Virus record (IMG/VR): IMGVR_UViG_3300009551_000105
Reading direction: 5' to 3' (one strand)
DNA length: 28,840 nt
From: a virus
Shown: piece by piece, positions 7,998 through 16,636 of the stretch
How the letters are laid out: every line of letters starts with the position of its first letter
Position numbering within the stretch: the first letter of the stretch is position 1
The notes under the pieces: model-generated
The model's database searches: none
What the model was told of the DNA's origin: nothing
The model's input: the letters and a program-made list of their open reading frames with translations, nothing else
Position numbers and translations under genes: made by a program

Positions 7998-9920
7998 ATG
8001 AAGACATTTACACTTGCACAATTAGCAGAAGGTACGCACCGCCGTTCACTTGGCGCAGACGCACCACGTCTCGCTAAGAAATGGTCTGCAACTGGTCTTC
8101 TTGAAGGTCTTAAAGGCATGAACCGTGACAATATGTCTCGTCTTCTTGAGAACCAGGCTGCTGAGCTTCTCAAAGAAACGAATGCATTGTCCACTGGTGG
8201 CGCTGCCCTTACTTCAAGCGGTAAAATCGCAGGTTTTACTAACGTCGCATTCCCAATTGTGCGCCGTGTATTCGCAGGTTTAATTGCAAACGAAGTTGTA
8301 TCGGTTCAGCCAATGAGCCTTCCAACCGGATTGCTTTTCTATCTAGATTATACATACGGCTCATCCATTGGTGGCGATGCAGGTACAACTGCTAACCAAT
8401 TCGGAACAACGTCCGTAGTTAACCCATCAACCTACACCAGCCAAGACTCTGTGTACAACAACCCACGTGGTTCAGGTGTACGCTCAGGTTCTCTTGCAAC
8501 TGGCGGTCAATATGACTTGGTAGGTCATGGTTATTCAAAAGTTCACGTACAAAGCCGTTGGCTCTCTGGCTCCACTGACTCGGTCGGTGCATGGGTTTCA
8601 GGTTCCACATGGACGAGCGCAGCAACTGTAGCAGCTTCGGCTGACTTCACGGGCTTCAACGCACGTTATGCAATGTACGATTCAACTGTAGAAGTTGATC
8701 TTGGAAACAACGCACTTGATTACTGCTTCGCCTTCATCAGCGCATCAGAATTCTCGGGCAAGATCAATGGCGCAGACTTGAACAACATCAACCAAATCAG
8801 CTTGACTGGTTTCGGTGGTGTAACAAACTCCTCCATTGAATGGGGTGAGAAGTACCAAGGTGGTCGTGGCGTACTCAATCTCCGCAAGCTAACGCAACGT
8901 GGAAACTGGAACGCTACAGCAGGTCTCTTCACACCAGATCCACTTAACGGCTCACATCTTTTGTTTGTTGTACGTCTTGCTAACGCAGGTACGGCTCCAG
9001 CTCCAAACGGTGCAGTTGGTAACGCAGTAACAGCATCCGCAGCAATTGCAGACGCTCTCTCTGTAAACAGTGATGGTTCAACTCTTACGATCCCAAGCTT
9101 CGAATCTGACTTCGCCGTCGATTCCAGCCCACGTATCCCAGAAGTTGATATCCGTATCGAATCCACAAGCGTAACGGCTCAAACCCGTAAGCTACGTGCT
9201 CGTTGGTCACCAGAAATGGCTCAAGACCTTACGGCCTTCTACTCAATCGACGTAGAAGTTGAATTGACAAACATTCTCTCCGAGATGATCACGCTCGACA
9301 TCGACCGTGAAATCTTGAACGACTTGCTTACCCAAGCAGGTGCAGCAAACTTGTTCTGGTCACGTGCCCCTGGCAAGATCGTCAACAAGTTCACTGGAGC
9401 TGAAGCACTTCACACAAGCACGCTTGCACCAGGCCCAATGGCATTTGTAAACATCCAAGAATGGTATCAAACCCTTCTTGAGACGATTACGGACGTGGCT
9501 AACACCATTCACCGTAAGACGCTTCGTGGTTCAGGTAACTTCATTGTAACGTCACCAGACGTTTGCACAATCCTTGAGCATCTTGTAGCATACAAGCCAT
9601 CCTACCGTGTAGACGCAGATGGTCAAGTACGTGACAACATGGTCATCGGCGCAGAAGCAGTTGGTACGCTTAATAACCGTTACACCATCTACAAAGATCC
9701 ATACTTCCCAAGCAACAAGATCCTTGTTGGTTTGAAGGGTAACACCTTCCTTGAGAGTGGTTATATCTACGCTCCATACGTTCCTCTCATCTTGACTCCG
9801 GTCATCTATGCACAGGAAGACTTCACGCCACGTAAGGGTGTAATGACCCGCTACGGCAAGAAGATGGTTCGTAACGACTTCTACGGAACCGTTACAGTGT
9901 TGGATATGAGTACCATATAG
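7998..9920 (+). CDS. Major capsid protein, T4 gp23-like (HK97 fold with insertion domain)
   Basis: 'VRRVFAGLIANEVVSVQPMSLPTGLLFYLDY' matches T4 gp23 'VRRAIPNLIAFDICGVQPMNSPTGQVFAL'. 'ARWSPEMAQDLTAFYSIDVEVELTNILSEMITLDIDREILNDL' matches 'LKAAYSIELAQDLRAVHGMDADAELSGILATEIMLEINREVVDWI'. 'RGSGNFIVTSPDV' matches 'RGEGNFIIASRNV'. C-terminal 'YIYAPYVPLILTP...TRYG' matches gp23. N-terminal propeptide-like segment ends in 'ELLKE'. Confidence 0.95.
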   Translation: MKTFTLAQLAEGTHRRSLGADAPRLAKKWSATGLLEGLKGMNRDNMSRLLENQAAELLKETNALSTGGAALTSSGKIAGFTNVAFPIVRRVFAGLIANEVVSVQPMSLPTGLLFYLDYTYGSSIGGDAGTTANQFGTTSVVNPSTYTSQDSVYNNPRGSGVRSGSLATGGQYDLVGHGYSKVHVQSRWLSGSTDSVGAWVSGSTWTSAATVAASADFTGFNARYAMYDSTVEVDLGNNALDYCFAFISASEFSGKINGADLNNINQISLTGFGGVTNSSIEWGEKYQGGRGVLNLRKLTQRGNWNATAGLFTPDPLNGSHLLFVVRLANAGTAPAPNGAVGNAVTASAAIADALSVNSDGSTLTIPSFESDFAVDSSPRIPEVDIRIESTSVTAQTRKLRARWSPEMAQDLTAFYSIDVEVELTNILSEMITLDIDREILNDLLTQAGAANLFWSRAPGKIVNKFTGAEALHTSTLAPGPMAFVNIQEWYQTLLETITDVANTIHRKTLRGSGNFIVTSPDVCTILEHLVAYKPSYRVDADGQVRDNMVIGAEAVGTLNNRYTIYKDPYFPSNKILVGLKGNTFLESGYIYAPYVPLILTPVIYAQEDFTPRKGVMTRYGKKMVRNDFYGTVTVLDMSTI

Positions 9921-9935
9921 TCTAAATATTTAGAC
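9920..9935. repeat. Perfect 16-bp palindrome GTCTAAATATTTAGAC, abutting and sharing 1 nt with the capsid gene stop codon (TAG 9918-9920)
   Basis: Seen directly; the sequence is its own reverse complement. Confidence 0.8.
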
Positions 9936-9955
9936 TGAAATAGTTTAGGAATGAA

Positions 9956-9984
9956 GGCCAGATGCAAATCTGGCCTTTTTCTTT
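9956..9984 (+). terminator. Rho-independent terminator after capsid gene
   Basis: ggccaga-tgcaaa-tctggcc followed by tttttcttt. Confidence 0.8.
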
Positions 9985-10054
9985 ATCTTTTTTGACTTCT
10001 ATGGAATATTTGATTAGGGTATACAAAAGTCTTCTTATGTTTTATTCTTTAGAG

Positions 10055-11035
10055 ATGAAAAACTTTTTTAATGGTCAATCAAAATGTGGTGGCGTGTATA
10101 GAATATTTTGCACAAAATCTTTTAGATCTTATATTGGTTCAACTGCTGTTTTTACAAACAGATTTTCACAACATAAAAAAGATTTATTTAATAATTTGCA
10201 TCATTGCAAATTTCTTCAAAGAGAATGGAATAAATTTGAACCAGAAGATTTTGTGTTTGAAATATTGGAGACAATAGAAATACAAAATCCGAAAGAAGCA
10301 AAGGAAAAAAGACTTCAAACAGAACAAAAATATATTGATGAGATATTACAAAAGTTCAATAGAGACCAACTCTACAATGGTTATACAAATGTAAGAGACA
10401 TTCCTTATCTTACGAGACACGATGACTATAAAGAAAAAATGAGAGTAAAAATGGTCGAATATTATTCCAAGCCAGAAAATAGAGAAAAATCAAAACAACA
10501 AGCGCTCAAGCAGTGGTCTGAACATTCAGCTAAAATAACAGTTACAAATAAAGATACAAAAGAAACGGTTTTGATAAATGGTTCCATTAGGGACTTCTGT
10601 TTAGCTCGTAATCTCTCATATAAATCATTCCATCTTATGGTCCAAGGAAAAGTAAAGGTCTCTGATGGCTGGTTCCTTGGCACGGAAGAGCCAAAGTATC
10701 ATAATCGTAGAGGTGAGAAGAGAGGTCCAATGTCCAAAGAACAGAAAGAGACAAGAGCGGACGTCTCAAGGGAAGGTATAGTTATAGAAAATTTTATAAC
10801 AAAGGAAACTATTGTGCTTGGTAAAAATATTAAGGATAGCTGCTCTCCAGGGAAGCTAGACTATAAGGCTTTGAGAAGATTGTTGCTTGATGAAACTTCG
10901 TTTACACAAAACGGATGGTTTAAGAAATCATTAGAGACCAAGGTTAGAAACGAGATTAAAGGTTTTTGTGGAAAGTGTAATCTAGTGTTTGGAAGTAGCT
11001 CAGGAATGAGAAACCATAGGAGAAGATGTGAATGA
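10055..11035 (+). CDS. Free-standing GIY-YIG homing endonuclease (T4 Seg / I-TevI-like) with C-terminal NUMOD-like DNA-binding repeats and a Cys/His zinc-finger-like tail
   Basis: 'GVYRIFCTKSFRSYIGSTAVFTNRFSQHKKDLFNNLHHCKFLQREWNKF..FVFEILE' carries the GIY..YIG, R, H, N and E motifs of the GIY-YIG domain. C-terminal 'LINGSIRDFCLARNLSYKSFHLMVQGKVKVSDGWF' and 'IVLGKNIKDSCSPGKLDYKALRRLL' are HEG DNA-binding modules. 'CGKC...H...C' at the end. The upstream in-frame start at 9962 overlaps the terminator, so ATG 10055 is chosen. Confidence 0.88.
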   Translation: MKNFFNGQSKCGGVYRIFCTKSFRSYIGSTAVFTNRFSQHKKDLFNNLHHCKFLQREWNKFEPEDFVFEILETIEIQNPKEAKEKRLQTEQKYIDEILQKFNRDQLYNGYTNVRDIPYLTRHDDYKEKMRVKMVEYYSKPENREKSKQQALKQWSEHSAKITVTNKDTKETVLINGSIRDFCLARNLSYKSFHLMVQGKVKVSDGWFLGTEEPKYHNRRGEKRGPMSKEQKETRADVSREGIVIENFITKETIVLGKNIKDSCSPGKLDYKALRRLLLDETSFTQNGWFKKSLETKVRNEIKGFCGKCNLVFGSSSGMRNHRRRCE

Positions 11036-11688
11036 AATATGATATTGTTAATATTTTGAAATCAGGGTATCATATTGACTTGAAACTAAAAACTTTTTCA
11101 AATAATAGAAAAATAACCCTTGAAAGACTTTGGTGTGAGCTTACTAAAAAATTTTATCACATAAATGATACAATAAGATTAATATCAATTGATAATCAAA
11201 ATTTAACTTTTGTATATATTGATAAAACATCACCTGCCGGAATTGTTTCTTATTCGTTTGATTTGCGTCAAGGAATAATAGACGAAAGAATTAATTTATT
11301 ATTAAACGAATTATATGATGTTATAGATATAGTTCATCCATCGTGGGGGCTCGCAAAAACATATAAAAGCAAATTTTTATTGTCAGAAGAAGAAATAGAA
11401 AAAAAACTAAAAACAATAGGACTTGAACCGCAAAATTTAATTGAACCAAAAATTGGTAATTTAGTTAAATTAAGATTTAACATCGATACAAATGAACCGT
11501 TAATTTATAACGGTTCATTTTCTGGACTTCTCCCGATTCAGGAAGAATGGGATGATATATTTCTAATTTCAGACATTGTCAATGATATATGTGACCTGTT
11601 AAGTCAAACAAATCAAAATAGAGAAAAACCATTGCAAAATCCATTAAAAAAATGTTCAATTGAATATTTGTACAAAATAAATCCATGA
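11032..11688 (+). CDS. Hypothetical protein (218 aa), translationally coupled (ATGA overlaps) to the HEG upstream and to paralog A downstream
   Basis: ORF with ATG start. AT-rich. No recognisable motifs. Confidence 0.45.
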   Translation: MKYDIVNILKSGYHIDLKLKTFSNNRKITLERLWCELTKKFYHINDTIRLISIDNQNLTFVYIDKTSPAGIVSYSFDLRQGIIDERINLLLNELYDVIDIVHPSWGLAKTYKSKFLLSEEEIEKKLKTIGLEPQNLIEPKIGNLVKLRFNIDTNEPLIYNGSFSGLLPIQEEWDDIFLISDIVNDICDLLSQTNQNREKPLQNPLKKCSIEYLYKINP

Positions 11689-12062
11689 TCATTAAACCCT
11701 GTTCCAAGTTTTACAAGGTTGCTGACAGCAGAGGAGATATTTTTGTCCTGCATCATAATAAAAATGAGGCAGTTTGCTCTTATGAACGCCAATATTATTC
11801 CAATTTTAACAAAGGGATAGCGTTAATTCAGACAAAAAGAAGCATTGACAAGATTAATGAAAAATATGGAAACGATACAGTATTTCCGGCACAAGCAATT
11901 TCTGGAATTATTTATGTTTTTGAATATGAAAAAGTGTCAGCTAACGAAGCAACCACTGATTTGTGGCATGAAGTTTGGCATTGCATTGTTGGGGATAAAA
12001 TTGGTTGGATGCATGTTCCCCATTGGATGAAAAGAGAATATTTTTCGGAATTATCAAAGTAA
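11685..12062 (+). CDS. Paralog family member A (divergent); C-terminal 'WHCIVGDKIGWMHVPHWMKRE'
   Basis: Shares the C-terminal W.VIVGDK.GW..VP.W.K motif with 6 other ORFs. Confidence 0.55.
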   Translation: MIIKPCSKFYKVADSRGDIFVLHHNKNEAVCSYERQYYSNFNKGIALIQTKRSIDKINEKYGNDTVFPAQAISGIIYVFEYEKVSANEATTDLWHEVWHCIVGDKIGWMHVPHWMKREYFSELSK

Positions 12063-12101
12063 GAATAAAAACACATATTTTTAATCAGAGCTTTAGAACA
12101 A

Positions 12102-12467
12102 ATGAATAACTTCTACAAAATACCAAAAAATATTTTGATTGATCACCTGCTTCTTTTTGAAACAATAGAAGATTGCGAAATTATGGGATCAGAAATTCGA
12201 AGTCAAAATAATAGAATTGGTTTAATTCTATCCTGGGAAACCGAAGGAAATAGTGAAACTCGGTATAACCTTGACGTTGTCAAACAAATTTTAAGTAAAA
12301 ATGCAATATTTTCTGTAAAATCTACGGATATAATTTTTCAAATCAAAAAAGTACATGATTGTGGAAATTTTTTTGACTATTGGCACGTTATTGCTGACGA
12401 TAAAGTTGGATGGATTGTTTTACCAACCTGGCTTAAATTAGAAAGAGTCAAGGAAAATGTTTTATAG
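12102..12467 (+). CDS. Paralog family member B; 'NFYKIPK...LLLFETIEDCE' and 'YWHVIADDKVGWIVLPTWLKLE'
   Basis: Family motifs at both termini. Confidence 0.6.
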   Translation: MNNFYKIPKNILIDHLLLFETIEDCEIMGSEIRSQNNRIGLILSWETEGNSETRYNLDVVKQILSKNAIFSVKSTDIIFQIKKVHDCGNFFDYWHVIADDKVGWIVLPTWLKLERVKENVL

Positions 12468-12515
12468 AACCAAATAGATTATTCTTTTATTCTTTTGAAG
12501 TATTATTTTTAATCT

Positions 12516-12845
12516 ATGACTAAATTTTTTAGATTCAAAAATATTACAGGGCTCAATATAACGCTTCATATCTTTGAAACAATAGAAAAGGCAAAAATGT
12601 GTACTAAAATACACTTAGCTATGAAAAATGCTAAAAGTCTACAGAAACAAAATGCCTGTGAAGAAGAATGCAAAAAACTATATGTAAATAATATGTTGCT
12701 GTCTTCGGACGAAAGTGATATATTTTTTCTTATTTCAAAGGAAAAAGGAAAAAATGCGGACGTAGAATATCTTCAAGTTATTGTCGGAGAAAAATTTGGG
12801 TGGATAATTGTACCATATTGGTTTAAAACAGAGGAAATAAATTAA
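12516..12845 (+). CDS. Paralog family member C; 'KFFRFKN...LHIFETIEKAK', 'DIFFLISKE', 'LQVIVGEKFGWIIVPYWFKTEEIN'
   Basis: Family motifs. Confidence 0.6.
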   Translation: MTKFFRFKNITGLNITLHIFETIEKAKMCTKIHLAMKNAKSLQKQNACEEECKKLYVNNMLLSSDESDIFFLISKEKGKNADVEYLQVIVGEKFGWIIVPYWFKTEEIN

Positions 12846-12846
12846 G

Positions 12847-13152
12847 ATGTTTTATAGAGCTACAAAATATCCATATATTTTCATTTATGAAACAAAAGCT
12901 ATTGCAACTTCAGCCAGTAAAGACCTGGGTCCACGTTTTGGTGATGAACATGATAATGTTTTAAAAATTGCAGAACGATGGTCTCAAAAGTTGGGTTCGA
13001 AAGTTCTTTATTCCAATCCTGGTGATATGATCTTTTGTGTTTCAAAAGATGGTTTTGATGAATATTCAGAGATATGGAATGTGATTATTAACGATAAAAT
13101 TGGATGGATTTTGCTTTCTGGTTGGTGCAAGATAGGATTGGTTCAGGTTTAA
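12847..13152 (+). CDS. Paralog family member D; 'MFYRATKYPYIFIYETKAIA', 'WNVIINDKIGWILLSGWCK'
   Basis: Family motifs; 1-nt spacing to neighbours. Confidence 0.6.
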   Translation: MFYRATKYPYIFIYETKAIATSASKDLGPRFGDEHDNVLKIAERWSQKLGSKVLYSNPGDMIFCVSKDGFDEYSEIWNVIINDKIGWILLSGWCKIGLVQV

Positions 13153-13153
13153 A

Positions 13154-13486
13154 ATGTTTTATAGAACCAAAAAAGAACTTTATGTATTTCTTTATGAAAC
13201 AAAAGAAGATGCATTACACGCACAAGAAAATTGGTCTCATGCAGTAGCGGCTCAAACAGTTGTCTATTCGGAAGCCTGGGTTATTGAGGCGGCAAAATAT
13301 TGGTCACAAAAATTAAAAAAGAGAGTAACGTATTCAAAACCAAATGATATATTTTTTCTTATATCAGAAGAAGATGCAAAGAACAACAATAATCAGGATC
13401 TTAAAATCATGAATTTTATTGTTGGGGACAAGTACGGTTGGGTAGCAGCTCCTTCTTGGTTGAAGATGGAGGAAATAAATGAGTAA
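13154..13486 (+). CDS. Paralog family member E; 'MFYRTKKELYVFLYETKEDA', 'DIFFLISEED', 'NFIVGDKYGWVAAPSWLKMEEINE'
   Basis: Family motifs. Confidence 0.6.
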   Translation: MFYRTKKELYVFLYETKEDALHAQENWSHAVAAQTVVYSEAWVIEAAKYWSQKLKKRVTYSKPNDIFFLISEEDAKNNNNQDLKIMNFIVGDKYGWVAAPSWLKMEEINE

Positions 13487-13784
13487 TTTATATCGTGCCC
13501 CAAAAGATACTCCAATGCTTTTACTTTATGAGACCGTTGAAATGGCACATAAGGTTGCGTTACCAAATGGTCCGACGGAAGATGAAACATATTTTTTATC
13601 AAAATTTTGGTCAATAGACACTAAAACCAAAGTTCTATGTTCCAATCCATCCGACATATTTTTTCTTCTTGACAAAGAAATAGATGGAAAATGTGAATAT
13701 TGGAATGTTTTGGTAGGAGAGAAAATCTGGTGGCTATGCGTTCCTTTATGGACTAAAATGGAACAAGTTATTATTACAAAATAG
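13479..13784 (+). CDS. Paralog family member F; 'SNLYRAPKDTPMLLLYETVEMA', 'DIFFLLDKE', 'WNVLVGEKIWWLCVPLWTKMEQV'
   Basis: Family motifs; 8-nt overlap with E. Confidence 0.6.
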   Translation: MSNLYRAPKDTPMLLLYETVEMAHKVALPNGPTEDETYFLSKFWSIDTKTKVLCSNPSDIFFLLDKEIDGKCEYWNVLVGEKIWWLCVPLWTKMEQVIITK

Positions 13785-13885
13785 ACATTTAATTTATTTC
13801 AATTTATTCTTCTAATTGAAGTCTTTCCTGGCTTCAAGGGTAAAGTTAGTCAGCTTGACAACTCCCTAACACATTAGGAGAAAAT

Positions 13886-14458
13886 ATGAGTAGAGATAGT
13901 GAATTAATTATTGAATCCCGTTATATACACACGGGAAATAGCGGCGTGACCATTTCAGTTGAAAGAGACGTAAAGAGACCAACAAGAGCAATCTTGAAAG
14001 TACGCAATGGTTCTCACGGAGCGTTTTCAACAGAAATGGAAATTCGAGGTAATGATTATAATGGTATGTGCGCCAATCAATTACGTGATCTTGCCTTGAT
14101 CTTTTTAGAGGGTGCAAACACTTTAGACGAAATCAAAGAAGGAAAACCGGGAGATTTTCAATATTCGAATGAAAACTCGCCTTCCATTTTACCAGAAGAT
14201 GGCGTCGAAGAAGCTAGCAGGATTTCTAGAAAACTTCAAGACCATCTAGTTCAACAATATAAAGATAAAGGCGATACAAACGCTTATATGACAGTCCATG
14301 AACTTGTTCAAACGAGTTCAAAGGGTTGGTCAGGCGGTACGGATAAAAATGGAAAATTGAAACTCGATAAAGAAACTAGGGAAAATATGAAAAAACCTAG
14401 GATCGATAAGGTAACTTTGGTAATGGATCGATTAAAATATCTAGTAAATAAACTGTAA
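13886..14458 (+). CDS. Hypothetical protein (190 aa)
   Basis: ORF with strong SD (AGGAG, 5-nt spacer) and a terminator downstream. Confidence 0.5.
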   Translation: MSRDSELIIESRYIHTGNSGVTISVERDVKRPTRAILKVRNGSHGAFSTEMEIRGNDYNGMCANQLRDLALIFLEGANTLDEIKEGKPGDFQYSNENSPSILPEDGVEEASRISRKLQDHLVQQYKDKGDTNAYMTVHELVQTSSKGWSGGTDKNGKLKLDKETRENMKKPRIDKVTLVMDRLKYLVNKL

Positions 14459-14464
14459 GAAACA

Positions 14465-14494
14465 AGGACCATTTATTTGGTCCTTTTCTTTTTG
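14465..14494 (+). terminator. Rho-independent terminator
   Basis: aaggacca-tttat-tggtcctt followed by ttctttttg. Confidence 0.8.
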
Positions 14495-14513
14495 TCTTTA
14501 GTATTTAAAAGCA

Positions 14514-15236
14514 ATGATTTATTATCAATGGTCCAGAGGACACACGCAATTATTTTGGGATTTTGATCAAAATACTCGACAAAGTAAGTTAAATGATCTC
14601 TTTGTTAAATATTTTGGAGAAAGAAGCCACGGATTCTTTGTTGAAATAGGTGCAAATAACGGACTTGATTGCGGTGTCACAACTCCGTTGGCCGATTTAG
14701 GTTGGACGGGACATTTTATAGAACCCGATCCAGATATGGCTCGTGTGTGCCAAAATAACCATGCAAATAATCCAAATATATCAACGCACGTTCTAGCTAT
14801 CTCAAATGAAAATGGCGAAGGCACGCTTCACATGGCCGGAATGGGGTCTACCATTTCAGAGCAATATTTTCAAACCGCAAAAACCATTGGATGGAGTGGA
14901 TTGTCAGATAATTCGGGTAAAGTAACAGTTACCAAATCAACCTTGGAACATTTTTTACAGACTATCAATGCACCTTCAAACTATGATTTATTATCTATTG
15001 ATACAGAAGGTTCTGAATTGGATATTTTAGAAGCATTTTCTGGTCATTGGGACCAGTGGCGCCCAAAAATGATTGTCATTGAACTAACGGATGAACATCC
15101 TGATTTTAGAAATAGACCAGATTGGGTTGAACGTGAATTGAAAACACGTAAACTTATTTTAGATGCCGGTTATAAACTTGAGTTTAAAGATGAAATAAAT
15201 TCAGTCTATGTATATAATGAAATAAAATCATTATGA
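14514..15236 (+). CDS. FkbM-family SAM-dependent methyltransferase (Methyltransf_21-like)
   Basis: 'FVEIGANNGLDCG' matches the FkbM 'DIGANvG..S' motif. Overall pattern '..GW.G..IEP.P........N.......A.S...G...L........S.....L....DLL.ID.EGSELDIL.....W....P.MIVIE' fits the FkbM domain. Confidence 0.75.
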   Translation: MIYYQWSRGHTQLFWDFDQNTRQSKLNDLFVKYFGERSHGFFVEIGANNGLDCGVTTPLADLGWTGHFIEPDPDMARVCQNNHANNPNISTHVLAISNENGEGTLHMAGMGSTISEQYFQTAKTIGWSGLSDNSGKVTVTKSTLEHFLQTINAPSNYDLLSIDTEGSELDILEAFSGHWDQWRPKMIVIELTDEHPDFRNRPDWVERELKTRKLILDAGYKLEFKDEINSVYVYNEIKSL

Positions 15237-15742
15237 CAAGTAGAAAATCAACCAAAGAGAAAAGCAAAGAACGTCAAGATAATAGACTTGATGATAAAAT
15301 GCCTTATGAAAAGGTAAGATCAACTCATTCTCAAAAAACACATATAAATAACGAAACACCAAAAAGACTGTTCAGCAATTTTATTGATATGAAAGTATAT
15401 TTGGTAGACGGTTTATATGTAAGAAATCATCTCGATATTGACTTTGTTATGGGAGGAAATGGTGCGAGATATTCTTATGTGCCAGAAGGCGAAATTTGGA
15501 TTGAAGAAGTTTATGAAACAAAAAGAATAGATATGTCTGCTTGTGCACTACACGAGTTTTATGAGTGTTGGTTAATGAAGAACAAAAATATGTCTTATGA
15601 CGATGCTCACGATAGTGCAAGCAAAATAGAAAAATTGTTTAGAACTTGGGTTCAAAAATACGAAGACACTCTAACCTCTTTGCAGATGGTAAAGTCGGCA
15701 GAAATTTTGGTTAAAGCCAAAATTAATAAAAAAGAAAAATAA
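15233..15742 (+). CDS. Hypothetical protein (169 aa), ATGA-coupled to the methyltransferase gene
   Basis: ORF with ATG. Lys-rich N-terminus. No clear motif. Confidence 0.4.
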   Translation: MTSRKSTKEKSKERQDNRLDDKMPYEKVRSTHSQKTHINNETPKRLFSNFIDMKVYLVDGLYVRNHLDIDFVMGGNGARYSYVPEGEIWIEEVYETKRIDMSACALHEFYECWLMKNKNMSYDDAHDSASKIEKLFRTWVQKYEDTLTSLQMVKSAEILVKAKINKKEK

Positions 15743-16627
15743 TCAAGCTTTGAGAATTTTTGCGTAAGCTTTTGAAACATTCTCGCTAATGAATAGTGAG
15801 TTAAATTCAACAGCTTCTTCAACGCTATCAAGACCTTGTTCTTGTTCCAAGGGTTGTTCGTTTGTTTCTTCTGGTTGCTCAACTGGATATTGTCCATGGG
15901 CTTCCATATCTGGCTCAGCAGTTGCTTTCCAGATATACCAAGTAATAGCCTGAACTGCTTGCGGAGAAAGACCAACAAGATCGGCAACTTTTCTATAATC
16001 ATGAATCATAGCCGCACGTTCATTTTTATTTGGAGAAGCCATGTTTTTCAAAGGTTTCTTTTCGCCACGCCAAATGTTAATAGCGTGACCATCCAATACG
16101 ACATCGTGAGAAATTTTCTCTGGTTCAAGTAATGATTGGAAAAACACGGTCACTTTTGGACCTTTTACATAGCTTACATCACCAGTTTTGAGAATACTGT
16201 TAGCTTTAGCCACGTTTGCTTTGTAGGCAGGGACTTTTCTCCAAAACTTGAATTTTTTGTCGCCGTTTTTTCTTTTCCAGTTGTCCATTACTCTTTTTGC
16301 CGCCAAAAGATTTAATTTCCAGGATAAATTCGGACTTAAAACCGCTACTACAGCAGCGGCTACTGGTTTTGGAACATCATAAATTTTCGCGAGTTCATCA
16401 ATATGTCTTGTAGCGTGTTGATACCAAAATCCCCAATAGTCTATTTCTTCTTTTGTGGCTTTCTTTAGAATGGAAAGAATATTATGAAAACCTTCATTTT
16501 TGAATAAATTCAACTTTGAAACAGGGATTTTTCCTCTTTTTGGTTCGTCAACTATATGACTAATATCAGCTTCAGGGCCACTATCTTGTTCTAGAAGAAA
16601 GTTTAAAAATTTATCCAAATGTGACAT
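15743..16627 (-). CDS. Hypothetical protein (294 aa) on minus strand; stop codon abuts the stop of the convergent 15233-15742 gene
   Basis: Long intact ORF with ATG start. Trp/Lys-rich middle, acidic C-terminus. Confidence 0.5.
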   Translation of the reverse strand: MSHLDKFLNFLLEQDSGPEADISHIVDEPKRGKIPVSKLNLFKNEGFHNILSILKKATKEEIDYWGFWYQHATRHIDELAKIYDVPKPVAAAVVAVLSPNLSWKLNLLAAKRVMDNWKRKNGDKKFKFWRKVPAYKANVAKANSILKTGDVSYVKGPKVTVFFQSLLEPEKISHDVVLDGHAINIWRGEKKPLKNMASPNKNERAAMIHDYRKVADLVGLSPQAVQAITWYIWKATAEPDMEAHGQYPVEQPEETNEQPLEQEQGLDSVEEAVEFNSLFISENVSKAYAKILKA

Positions 16628-16636
16628 ATTGTTGTT

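Noticed and set aside
9962-10054. Upstream extension of the GIY-YIG ORF to the ATG at 9962
   Set aside because: That start lies inside the capsid-gene terminator hairpin and T-run. The GIY-YIG domain begins right after the ATG at 10055.
13855-13860. Perfect TTGACA -35 hexamer upstream of ORF 13886
   Set aside because: No -10-like hexamer at 16-19 nt spacing; the appropriate position falls on the SD and ATG.
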